This document shows, piece after piece, positions 11,212 to 19,368 of a DNA stretch of 64,000 bases; the first letter of the stretch is position 1, and each line of letters starts with the position of its first letter. The stretch comes from Minisyncoccia bacterium (lineage in GTDB: Bacteria > Patescibacteriota > Minisyncoccia > Phycocordibacterales > UBA918), in the NCBI GenBank assembly GCA_047639355.1, contig JBLIOC010000001.1, positions 3,215 through 67,214 of the forward strand. The letters are read 5' to 3'. A model generated the notes under the pieces. The model made no database searches. It saw only the letters and a program-made list of their open reading frames with translations, and had not been told where the DNA came from. Position numbers and translations under genes: made by a program.

Positions 11212-12480
11212 ATGTTCTTCATTGCCGTATTAAACAAATCTAAAATGCTTAAAATTCACACAAAATTTTGTTACCTAGCAATCATTTCAATACTAACGGT
11301 TTTATTCTTTGCAGCTAGTCTTTCATTCATCAACACAGCTAATGCTGGTTCTGCAGACAGTCTGACTGGCTACGCCTGGAGTGATAATATTGGCTGGATA
11401 AGCTTCAATGATACAAATAATTCTGGAACGGTCAATTACGGTGTTGATGTTGCTACCGGGTCGGGTTTATTCTCTGGCTACGCCTGGAGTGATAATATTG
11501 GCTGGATATCCTTTTGGCCTGGTGACGTAATTGGTTGCCCCTCTGGTCCCGGTACTTGTAACCCTACTCTTGACTGGAACACTGGTGTAATTACCGGCTG
11601 GGCTCGTGCTTGTGCTGGAACTGCAGACGCGGCCTGTGCACTTACCTCTTCCCGAACAGACGGCTGGGACGGCTGGATTAGTCTTTCTGGAGTAGCTACC
11701 GATTCTTCAGCTTCAACGTATGGAGTTCTTGTTAATGTTACCACTGGTGCTTTTTCTGGACAAGCTTGGGGTAGCACCAATGTTGGTTGGATTTCGTTTT
11801 CAGGTACAGAAGGTACAGGATGGGGTGTTGATGGTATTCTCCCCCCTGCATCTGCAACCCTTAGTTCAGATCCAGTACCCGGCTGCATCATTCCGAATGG
11901 TGATAGTACTTGCCCTGTAGATTTAACCTGGAGTATACTATTCTCAAGTGACACAAGTGTATACAATTTCTCGCTTGGTACCACAATCTCAACCGTTGCT
12001 GCTGGTACAGAACCTTCTTACCCACTAAACCCTGGAGTAAACGTTATTGAAGCTCGAGACGGTAGTAATATCCTCAGGACTATTACTCCTACTGCTGGCT
12101 GTTCCACACCACTCGATTTCTGGGACAGTGCTGAGTGTGGTACTATACCTACTCTAGATATTACTCCCAGTCTGTCTGCTGGCTCTCAGATAATTAGATC
12201 TGGTGAATCAGCTGATGTAGAAATTGTCATTATTTCAGATTACAATTTAACTTGTCAACTGAATGGAGCAGAAATAACTCCTGTCGATCTTACTTACGAT
12301 TCTGCAACTAGTGAAATCAGAAATAGTTCAAATAGCGCCATACCTGCTACTGGTTACCCTACAAGACAACTTTATTCTAAGCAAGCTATTTCCATTGTTT
12401 GTACAGTCGACGCAGACCCAACTATCTCACTTTCAGGTGAATACATTATTGAGGTGATTGGTACCGTACAGGAGATTTAG
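11212..12480 (+). CDS. secreted Cys-rich surface protein with GxAWSxNIGWISF repeats
   Basis: signal peptide ending in ANA; GYAWSDNIGWISF twice, GWDGWISL, GQAWGSTNVGWISF; exact start uncertain. Confidence 0.75.
   Translation: MFFIAVLNKSKMLKIHTKFCYLAIISILTVLFFAASLSFINTANAGSADSLTGYAWSDNIGWISFNDTNNSGTVNYGVDVATGSGLFSGYAWSDNIGWISFWPGDVIGCPSGPGTCNPTLDWNTGVITGWARACAGTADAACALTSSRTDGWDGWISLSGVATDSSASTYGVLVNVTTGAFSGQAWGSTNVGWISFSGTEGTGWGVDGILPPASATLSSDPVPGCIIPNGDSTCPVDLTWSILFSSDTSVYNFSLGTTISTVAAGTEPSYPLNPGVNVIEARDGSNILRTITPTAGCSTPLDFWDSAECGTIPTLDITPSLSAGSQIIRSGESADVEIVIISDYNLTCQLNGAEITPVDLTYDSATSEIRNSSNSAIPATGYPTRQLYSKQAISIVCTVDADPTISLSGEYIIEVIGTVQEI
11366..11508 (+). repeat. exact 35-bp direct repeat (11366-11400 and 11474-11508)
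   Basis: CTGGCTACGCCTGGAGTGATAATATTGGCTGGATA present twice. Confidence 0.95.
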
Positions 12481-12515
12481 AGAAGAGTGATGCACATCAT
12501 GTTAAAATTCTCAGT

Positions 12516-13478
12516 ATGAACAATAAAAGGGTAGCGGTTCTACGTGGTGGTCCAAGTGAAGAGTATTCCGTATCTCTCAAGTCAGGAACAGCTGTTTTGA
12601 ATGCTCTGAAAGAACTTGATTATCCACACAAAGATATAGTTATAACCAAAAAAGGAGAGTGGTTAGAAAATGGTGTGGTGCGAAAACCAGAAATAGCACT
12701 AGAGGCTGTCGACGTAGTTTTTGTTGCTCTACATGGACATTATGGAGAAGACGGGCAGGTTCAACGAATTTTAGAGCGTAAAAATATTCCTTTTACTGGT
12801 AGCCGATCTCTTTCTTCTGCTATCGCCTTTAACAAAGAGCTAACCAAACGTACTCTTATGTCTCATAACATAAGTATGCCACGCCATCGTCGTATGGACC
12901 GTGTGGAACTGGATAGATTAGATGAAGAAATTCCTAACATTTTCTCTGAGTTGGGAAGTGAGTTATTTGTAAAGCCGTTAGATAGCGGTTCGTCTGTAGG
13001 AGCAAGATATGCCCCTAACGAGGAGACTCTGCGAATGGTTCTTGCTGAATTGCTCGAAAACTATGACCAGGTTTTAATAGAGCAATTTATTCGAGGCCGC
13101 GAAGCAACAGTTGGAGTTTTGGATAACTTTAGAAACGAACCAACTTATATATTACCCGTTATAGAAATTATTCCACCTGGTGGAGAACCTTTATTTTCGT
13201 TTGAAAATAAATACAACGGAAAAACTGAAGAGATTGTACCAGGTCGGTTTTCTTATAGAGAAAAGGCTATGTTGTCAGAAGCGGCGGCCACAATTCATAA
13301 AGTCATTGATTGTAAAAGTTATTCACGTAGTGATTTTATTGTTCGTGATGGCGAGATTTACTTCCTTGAAGTGAACACTTTGCCTGGTCTGACTCCGGAA
13401 TCACTTTTTCCGAAAGCGGCTGCAGCGATAGGTCTACAGTTTCCACATCTGATTCAACACTTAGTAGAAAACGCGTAG
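12516..13478 (+). CDS. ddl: D-alanine--D-alanine ligase
   Basis: GGPSEEYSVS, LHGHYGEDG, GSSVG, EVNTLPGLT. Confidence 0.95.
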   Translation: MNNKRVAVLRGGPSEEYSVSLKSGTAVLNALKELDYPHKDIVITKKGEWLENGVVRKPEIALEAVDVVFVALHGHYGEDGQVQRILERKNIPFTGSRSLSSAIAFNKELTKRTLMSHNISMPRHRRMDRVELDRLDEEIPNIFSELGSELFVKPLDSGSSVGARYAPNEETLRMVLAELLENYDQVLIEQFIRGREATVGVLDNFRNEPTYILPVIEIIPPGGEPLFSFENKYNGKTEEIVPGRFSYREKAMLSEAAATIHKVIDCKSYSRSDFIVRDGEIYFLEVNTLPGLTPESLFPKAAAAIGLQFPHLIQHLVENA

Positions 13479-13488
13479 TTAAAAAACC

Positions 13489-13517
13489 TTGACTTCAAGA
13501 CCTGTTCACCTTATTAT
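13489..13517 (+). promoter_or_regulatory. sigma70 promoter for tRNA-Ala
   Basis: TTGACT-17 bp-TATTAT. Confidence 0.6.
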
Positions 13518-13618
13518 AGTGCGCACTAAGGTACTTGCCTTAATAAATTCTGGCTTAGAATAACGTTTCTAACCAAACATACTTAAAGAATAAAAGTAAA
13601 CTTTTATTTCCGTCATTC

Positions 13619-13691
13619 GGGCTCGTAGCTCATCTGGTAGAGCGCCTCATTTGCACTGAGGAGGTAGCGGGTTCAAGTCCTGTCGAGTCCA
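13619..13691 (+). tRNA. tRNA-Ala(TGC), CCA not encoded
   Basis: acceptor GGGCTCG/CGAGTCC with G3:U70, anticodon arm CCTCA-TT-TGC-AC-TGAGG, T-loop TTCAAGT. Confidence 0.97.
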
Positions 13692-13695
13692 CAAT

Positions 13696-13720
13696 AAAAC
13701 AGCCCTCAGGGGCTGTTTTT
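13696..13720 (+). terminator. hairpin/terminator after tRNA-Ala
   Basis: AAAACAGCCC-TCAG-GGGCTGTTTT. Confidence 0.75.
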
Positions 13721-13723
13721 GTG

Positions 13724-13886
13724 TGTGGACTCGAAGAAGAGTGCCTGCGCACTCTTCGGCAGGACTTGAACGCCGGAGTGCTGTGAGTCTGCGAACAAGT
13801 GAGGTGTGTCCCGCGGCAACTGCTAGTTTGTGACTGTAGGGAAACGAAATAGCTTGGTGACCGTCAGGACAAGTCCTGTCGAGTCT
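13724..13886. repeat. structured element bounded by inverted and direct copies of the tRNA-Ala 3' end
   Basis: inverted copy TGTGGACTCGA (13724-13734) plus GGCAGGACTTGAAC (13758-13771); direct copy CAAGTCCTGTCGAGTC at 13870-13885 equals 13674-13689. Confidence 0.85.
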
Positions 13887-13955
13887 CAAATTGACAATAA
13901 TATTTAGAGGTGGTATTTTCTGTTTAGTTATAGCAATCACTGAGGAGGTGTAGAA

Positions 13956-14180
13956 ATGAAAGATATTAAAATTGTATGGGTGTTACAGGGGATACTTATA
14001 GGTTTTATGATAGGTATTATCTTAATTACTATCAAATCTTACGTGTTCCATTCTGGAATAAGCTCAATATTAACACCTCCATATGGAGAAAATGTGCTTT
14101 TACTTATATCTCAAATACTGATGGCGGCATATTATTATCCACGTGTGTGTCGATTTAAGAGTCGTATAGCAATGTATTAG
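13956..14180 (+). CDS. small two-TM hypothetical membrane protein
   Basis: 74 aa, two hydrophobic segments, strong SD GAGGAGGT, own terminator. Confidence 0.65.
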   Translation: MKDIKIVWVLQGILIGFMIGIILITIKSYVFHSGISSILTPPYGENVLLLISQILMAAYYYPRVCRFKSRIAMY

Positions 14181-14198
14181 CTGTAACAGAGTACGCAG

Positions 14199-14223
14199 AA
14201 AAGCTCCCAAGGGAGCTTTTTTT
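14199..14223 (+). terminator. intrinsic terminator
   Basis: AAAAGCTCC-CAAG-GGAGCTTTT plus T run. Confidence 0.8.
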
Positions 14224-14310
14224 ATAAGTATCCTAACATCACTGAATAATACTTGCGATCAAGAATATAAAAATTAGTCAGATTAATGCACGTCTGGAAA
14301 GGTCGGTAAC

Positions 14311-14344
14311 AAAAACAAAGACCCAGAAGAGAATCTCCTGGGTC
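14311..14344 (-). terminator. probable terminator for the minus-strand ORF
   Basis: GACCCAG...CTGGGTC stem preceded by an A-rich run on the + strand. Confidence 0.5.
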
Positions 14345-14411
14345 AGTCAATTAAAATCTTGTCTCGCTTTTTTTGCAATAGTCACACAAGTAGTTATATT
14401 AAAGTTTTTTC

Positions 14412-14618
14412 TTAACTTTTTTTGAAAATCATCATAGCTTGGCTCTTTGTAGGTTGCGACAACTTCACCCAAGAGTTTAGTACTTCTGCTTTCTTTCCAG
14501 TGCTTCCACCACGACGTTCACCATGACTTCTCTTTGAAGCAGTTTTTCTATTATTGATCTTTCGGTAAGTCTTAATTATCTCTCCAAGTTCTTGCAACTT
14601 AGGAACTTTTTTGTACAC
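14412..14618 (-). CDS. small basic hypothetical protein
   Basis: GTG start after AAAGGAGAGGT SD; Lys/Arg-rich, 68 aa. Confidence 0.5.
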   Translation of the reverse strand: MYKKVPKLQELGEIIKTYRKINNRKTASKRSHGERRGGSTGKKAEVLNSWVKLSQPTKSQAMMIFKKS

Positions 14619-14653
14619 GCACCTCTCCTTTGAGATATGGTTCAAATACTCCA

Positions 14654-14682
14654 TTAGTGGCCGTCAAAACAATCCTGTCGAG
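14654..14682 (+). repeat. degenerate second copy of the element end / tRNA-Ala 3' fragment
   Basis: TTAGTGGCCGTCAAAACAA-TCCTGTCGAG against TTGGTGACCGTCAGGACAAGTCCTGTCGAG (13854-13883), 25 of 30 positions identical. Confidence 0.75.
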
Positions 14683-14802
14683 ATGATTTGTAGTAACTCA
14701 TTAATGTTTGATTTAGCTTTGTTTCTACAATTGGGCACAATTCGCAAATACGGACTAGTCAACTGATATAATAAAGTTATATTATTAAACGTGTAGGTTT
14801 AT

Positions 14803-15069
14803 ATGAAAGATATTAAATTAGAAGAAGTATCATCTCCTGGCTGTTCTCACTGTGCAGCTTTCAAGGAGTATTGGGAAGGTGAAGCTATAAACTGGCCCAA
14901 CGTTACCTTTAGAGAGTTGAGTCTCGTGGATCCTGAGGGGCAAGAAATGGTCCAGAAACACCAGATATTTGCTTCTCCAGGCATTATTATTAATGGGGAA
15001 TTGTTTGCTACCGGAGGTGTAGACAAGATCGCCTTCAAGAAGAAACTTCAAGAACTTTCAGAAGAATAA
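14803..15069 (+). CDS. small thioredoxin/glutaredoxin-fold protein
   Basis: SPGCSHC active site, cis-Pro motif ASPGIIING. Confidence 0.88.
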   Translation: MKDIKLEEVSSPGCSHCAAFKEYWEGEAINWPNVTFRELSLVDPEGQEMVQKHQIFASPGIIINGELFATGGVDKIAFKKKLQELSEE

Positions 15070-15072
15070 AAT

Positions 15073-18000
15073 ATGATTGATACAAAGTCCCCAGCTCCTT
15101 CTACAACTCCAACATCAAAGTCAGCTCGATCTTGGCTTATTATGGCAGCGGTGGGTGTTTTTGCAGCTATTGCTTTCGGTGTTTTATACCTATTCGTTCT
15201 AGCCCCATCCATTCCCGACGGAAATATTGGATGGTTTTTGTTTTCATTTGCGACAGGTCTTACGATGATCGTTATGCCGTGCACACTTCCACTGGCATTT
15301 GTAATCGTTCCTCTGTCTATGGGAAAGGGTCTTATTCGCGGTATCGGAATGTCTCTTGCATTCGGTCTTGGTATAGCTGTCACTCTTTCTCTTTATGGAG
15401 TAGCGGCAGCTCTTCTTGGAGGTGTAGCTATCGACGCTCTTGGTGCTGATCTTGATTCAATTAAAAACTGGGTCTATACAGTCGCTGGTGTCTTTGCTCT
15501 CGTTTTTGCATTGAGTGAAATTGGTTTGATGAATTTTCATATGCCCACATACAAGGGTGCAGCTCCGGCTTCGATACAGAAGCATGGAGAGTTGATAAAA
15601 GCTTTTATGTTGGGGCTTTTCCTTGGAAATGTTGGAGTAGGATGTCCTCATCCAGCTACTCCACTTATTTTGATAGAAATCGCTTCAAGTGGTGACGTGT
15701 TATACGGATGGCTTCTATTCCTGACTCATGCAATCGGCCGAATACTACCGTTGCTTCTATTAGCATTTATGGCAATCATTGGTGTAAATGGACTCAACTG
15801 GCTAATGTCCCGAAAGGATGCTGTTGAACGAACAACCGGCTGGGCAATGGTTTTCGTAGCAGGCTTTATTCTTACTCTAGGATTGTTCTCTCACGATTGG
15901 TGGGTCAATTCTGGAATTCACAGCGGACTTGAGACACTTACGCAAGAAGCTAGGTTCAACGCGCTTATAAACGAAACGCTTGATACCAATGTAGCTCACG
16001 CGCACGGATTAGAAGAAGGGGCTGGTCTATTTGGGTTACCTCTGGAGTGGGGTAATTGGTTCTTAGTGACGGTTTGGCTATTGCCAATGTGGTTATGGTA
16101 TAGAAAAAAGAAGAAGGACATTGAAGAAGGAGCTGACTTGTGTCAGGAAAAAGTCTTAAAGATAAAGAGAAATTTCCTTATTGTGATTGCTATATTTATC
16201 ATAATGATATTCACGCACTTTTTACCACAGAATTTTTACCTGAATTCTATTAGTGGTGGTGGTCACGGTGAAACGACTAGCCACGATGGTGCTGACGGCC
16301 ATCATGATGAAGGTGCATCAGCTAACCCTGACGGTATCCATGCAATGCCAGACGGCACAATCATGAATGCTAATGGAGACGTGCTAAAAGGTGGACATCT
16401 AATGCCGGACGGCACAATCATGCTTGCAGACGGAACGACGATAGGAGGTACTCCTTCGAACATACCTGCAGAAGCAACGCTGTATGGAGTTGATGTAGAA
16501 GATCTTCCGTTTGCTAACGTCCCTGAGACAGTAGAATTGGTAGATGGTGATAGTTATGATATCACTGCATTCTATGTACAGAAAGAGATAGGGAACAGAA
16601 CACTTCGTATGCTCGCATACAACGGCTCGGTTCCTGGACCCTTTATTAAGGCTCCGCAAGGAGCTGAGGTGACAATCAACTTTACGAACAACACAGACTT
16701 GGACCAAACCATCCACTCACACGGTCTACGATTAGACAACAACTTTGATGGAGTACCTGGTGTAACCCAGAATGTTGTTAAGCCTGGAAATTCACACTCT
16801 TATACTATTAAGTTTGAAGATGCCGGGGTTTATTGGTATCACCCACACACTCGTGATGATTACGGACAGGAAATGGGTCTGTACGGTAACTATATTGTAG
16901 AACCAATTGATGGTTACACATCACCAGTTAATCGACAAATTCCACTGGTTATTGATGACATTCTCATTGAGAACGACAAGATCTTTGACTTCTATAAAGA
17001 AATTACAAATTTTGCTTTACTTGGTCGATTCGGAAACGAATATTTGGTAAACGGTGAACAGGATTACTCACTCGAACTAGAGAAAGGTGAAGTTGTAAGG
17101 TTCTTGGTTACAAATGTTTCAAATGCAAGATCGTACAGTCTGTCGCTGCCAGGCGCGGAAATGAAAATGGTCGGTGCTGACATTGGACACTACGAGCGAG
17201 AGGAATTTGCAGAAGATTTCTTGATTTCGCCTTCTGAGAGAATGATTGTAGAAGCTTACTTCAAAGAATCGGGTACTTATTCTTTGACTCACACCACTCC
17301 GGACGGTGAGGTCGTACTTACTGAGTTTGTGGTTGGAGAAGAGTCAGTAGATGAATCATATGCTGAAGAATTCGACATTCTAAACGAAAACCAAGACGTA
17401 ATAGAAGAGTTCAGCACTTTCCGATCATATATTAGTAAAGACGCAGATAAGAAGCTATTACTTACTGTTGACCTAGAAGGACAGGTAGATCATAGTGCCC
17501 ACGGACATGCTACTGATGATGCTGCAGTGGATCCATATGCTGGTATTCATGCAATGCCTAACGGTGACGTTATGCTCGGATCTGGAGAAGTTATAACAGG
17601 TGCTACCGTAATGGATGACGGTACGATTGTCCTTGCTGACGGTACTGTTCCTGGCGCTCCACCTGTTCCAAAGACAAGACTTGAATCACTACAATGGAAT
17701 GACGAAACAATGTCCGACAAGGTAAACACTTCAGAGAATGTTACTTGGAAGATGATCGATGAAGAGACAGGAGCAAGCAGTATGATGATTCCAATAGCTG
17801 ACTGGACTTTCGTAGAGGGAGACATTGTCAAGATCCGATTAACTAATGATTCAACAGCCGATCATGTAATGCAACATCCAATCCACCTACACGGACAACA
17901 ATTTGTTGTTCTGACTGAAAATGGAGAGATTAATGACAATATGGCATGGAAGGACACTGTATTAGTATTCCCTGGTGAAGTCGTTGAAATATTAGTAGAC

Positions 18001-18834
18001 ATGAGCAACTTAGGGGAGTGGATGAGCCACTGTCATATTTCTGAGCACTTGCATGCCGGGATGATGATGCAATTTAGGGTAGAAGATGAATCTGGTTATG
18101 CAACAGGAGATGAATTCAGGTCTACTGTAACGGCTGGAATGGTTCACAAATCAAACGCTCCTACTATAAAGAAAAGCTCACGAGAATTTACCTTTGAGTC
18201 GGAAACTTCATCATTTGGCTACACAGTTTATGCTGAAAAAACCAGGTTCAAAGTAGGTGAAAAACAAGAGATCACACTGACTTTGTTTGATCCTGAGTTA
18301 AATGGTGTTGTGTTGTCTGAGAAGTATCCCGACCCACTTGGAATAACATTTGTGAAGAGTAATAATACTCAGAACTTTTACACTTACCCTGGGAACACAA
18401 CCTTCGATGCCGTCGATCATGGAGGATCAGCTCACGACAATAGTGATGGGCATCACAACGACACGATAGCTCCCTCATCAGAGCCGGTACATGACAACAG
18501 TGACGGGCATCATGGGTTTAATCTAATACCTACAGCTCACGCGCACGGCGGCACAGATGATGGTCACGCAGATGCTACTGGTCAAGTTTACACTTATACT
18601 GTGCCTGTAGCCTTCCCGGAAATTGGTGCGTACAAAGCCTTTGTTGAATTCGTGCCAGAAGGTGTAGATAAGCCGATTATTTTGAGTATGGATATAGAAG
18701 TGATCTCCTCGAACTTCTCAGTAGACAACTATGGTTGGAGCGTAAGTATGAAGTGGTGGATATTACTCATAGCCTCCCTGATCCTGACTGTACCTTTGGT
18801 GATCGGAGTTCGTAAGTACATTAACGTTAAATAA
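15073..18834 (+). CDS. CcdA/DsbD-like membrane domain fused to a multicopper oxidase and a His-rich C-terminal domain with TM anchor
   Basis: MPCTLP and GCPHP Cys pair in the TM region; MCO motifs HSHG, WYHPH, HPIHLHG, HCHISEHLHAGMM. Confidence 0.88.
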   Translation: MIDTKSPAPSTTPTSKSARSWLIMAAVGVFAAIAFGVLYLFVLAPSIPDGNIGWFLFSFATGLTMIVMPCTLPLAFVIVPLSMGKGLIRGIGMSLAFGLGIAVTLSLYGVAAALLGGVAIDALGADLDSIKNWVYTVAGVFALVFALSEIGLMNFHMPTYKGAAPASIQKHGELIKAFMLGLFLGNVGVGCPHPATPLILIEIASSGDVLYGWLLFLTHAIGRILPLLLLAFMAIIGVNGLNWLMSRKDAVERTTGWAMVFVAGFILTLGLFSHDWWVNSGIHSGLETLTQEARFNALINETLDTNVAHAHGLEEGAGLFGLPLEWGNWFLVTVWLLPMWLWYRKKKKDIEEGADLCQEKVLKIKRNFLIVIAIFIIMIFTHFLPQNFYLNSISGGGHGETTSHDGADGHHDEGASANPDGIHAMPDGTIMNANGDVLKGGHLMPDGTIMLADGTTIGGTPSNIPAEATLYGVDVEDLPFANVPETVELVDGDSYDITAFYVQKEIGNRTLRMLAYNGSVPGPFIKAPQGAEVTINFTNNTDLDQTIHSHGLRLDNNFDGVPGVTQNVVKPGNSHSYTIKFEDAGVYWYHPHTRDDYGQEMGLYGNYIVEPIDGYTSPVNRQIPLVIDDILIENDKIFDFYKEITNFALLGRFGNEYLVNGEQDYSLELEKGEVVRFLVTNVSNARSYSLSLPGAEMKMVGADIGHYEREEFAEDFLISPSERMIVEAYFKESGTYSLTHTTPDGEVVLTEFVVGEESVDESYAEEFDILNENQDVIEEFSTFRSYISKDADKKLLLTVDLEGQVDHSAHGHATDDAAVDPYAGIHAMPNGDVMLGSGEVITGATVMDDGTIVLADGTVPGAPPVPKTRLESLQWNDETMSDKVNTSENVTWKMIDEETGASSMMIPIADWTFVEGDIVKIRLTNDSTADHVMQHPIHLHGQQFVVLTENGEINDNMAWKDTVLVFPGEVVEILVDMSNLGEWMSHCHISEHLHAGMMMQFRVEDESGYATGDEFRSTVTAGMVHKSNAPTIKKSSREFTFESETSSFGYTVYAEKTRFKVGEKQEITLTLFDPELNGVVLSEKYPDPLGITFVKSNNTQNFYTYPGNTTFDAVDHGGSAHDNSDGHHNDTIAPSSEPVHDNSDGHHGFNLIPTAHAHGGTDDGHADATGQVYTYTVPVAFPEIGAYKAFVEFVPEGVDKPIILSMDIEVISSNFSVDNYGWSVSMKWWILLIASLILTVPLVIGVRKYINVK

Positions 18835-18835
18835 T

Positions 18836-19333
18836 ATGAATAAGTTTGCAGTTCTTGGGATCGTACTAGTACTCATCTTAGTTGGTGGGGTAGCTTACAA
18901 GCAGCTTGTCGGTAGTGCTGACGCGCCAGTTGAGACAGGGATAGTGAAAGAATACACAATTATTTCTAAGAAACTTGAGTGGAGATTTGAACCGGAATCT
19001 ATCGAGGTCGAGCAAGGAGACAGAATTATCGCAACAGTTATCAACGAAGATAATTTTGATCACGGTTTTGCTATTGACGCCTTCGGTATTAGTCAAAGAC
19101 TTCCGGCTAACGGGACGATTGTAGTGGAGTTCGTAGCGACTAAGTCTGGAGAGTTTCCTTTCTACTGTTCTGTTTCCTGTAGTAGTAGTGATAACCCCAC
19201 TTTTGATTTACTAAATGGCGAAGTGCAGACTGGTCCATACGCAGGCACATTTCAGGGTCACTTCGAACACGTAGGTAGGTTTGTTGTTAAAATGTTGCTA
19301 ACGGCAGGGATTCTGAACGAAGAAGAAAATTAG
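18836..19333 (+). CDS. membrane-anchored cupredoxin (CuA-like)
   Basis: WRFEPESIEV, DHGFAI, FYCSVSC...GHFEH. Confidence 0.82.
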   Translation: MNKFAVLGIVLVLILVGGVAYKQLVGSADAPVETGIVKEYTIISKKLEWRFEPESIEVEQGDRIIATVINEDNFDHGFAIDAFGISQRLPANGTIVVEFVATKSGEFPFYCSVSCSSSDNPTFDLLNGEVQTGPYAGTFQGHFEHVGRFVVKMLLTAGILNEEEN

Positions 19334-19368
19334 AACAAAGAAGCACATTAAAAATTTATCTATAAAAT

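Noticed and set aside
13647-13940. 97-aa minus-strand ORF
   Set aside because: Antisense to tRNA-Ala and the structured element, with no protein features
14683-14802. CsoR, CopY or CueR operator for the copper cluster
   Set aside because: No convincing TACAnnTGTA or GC-tract palindrome, and no regulator gene in the cluster
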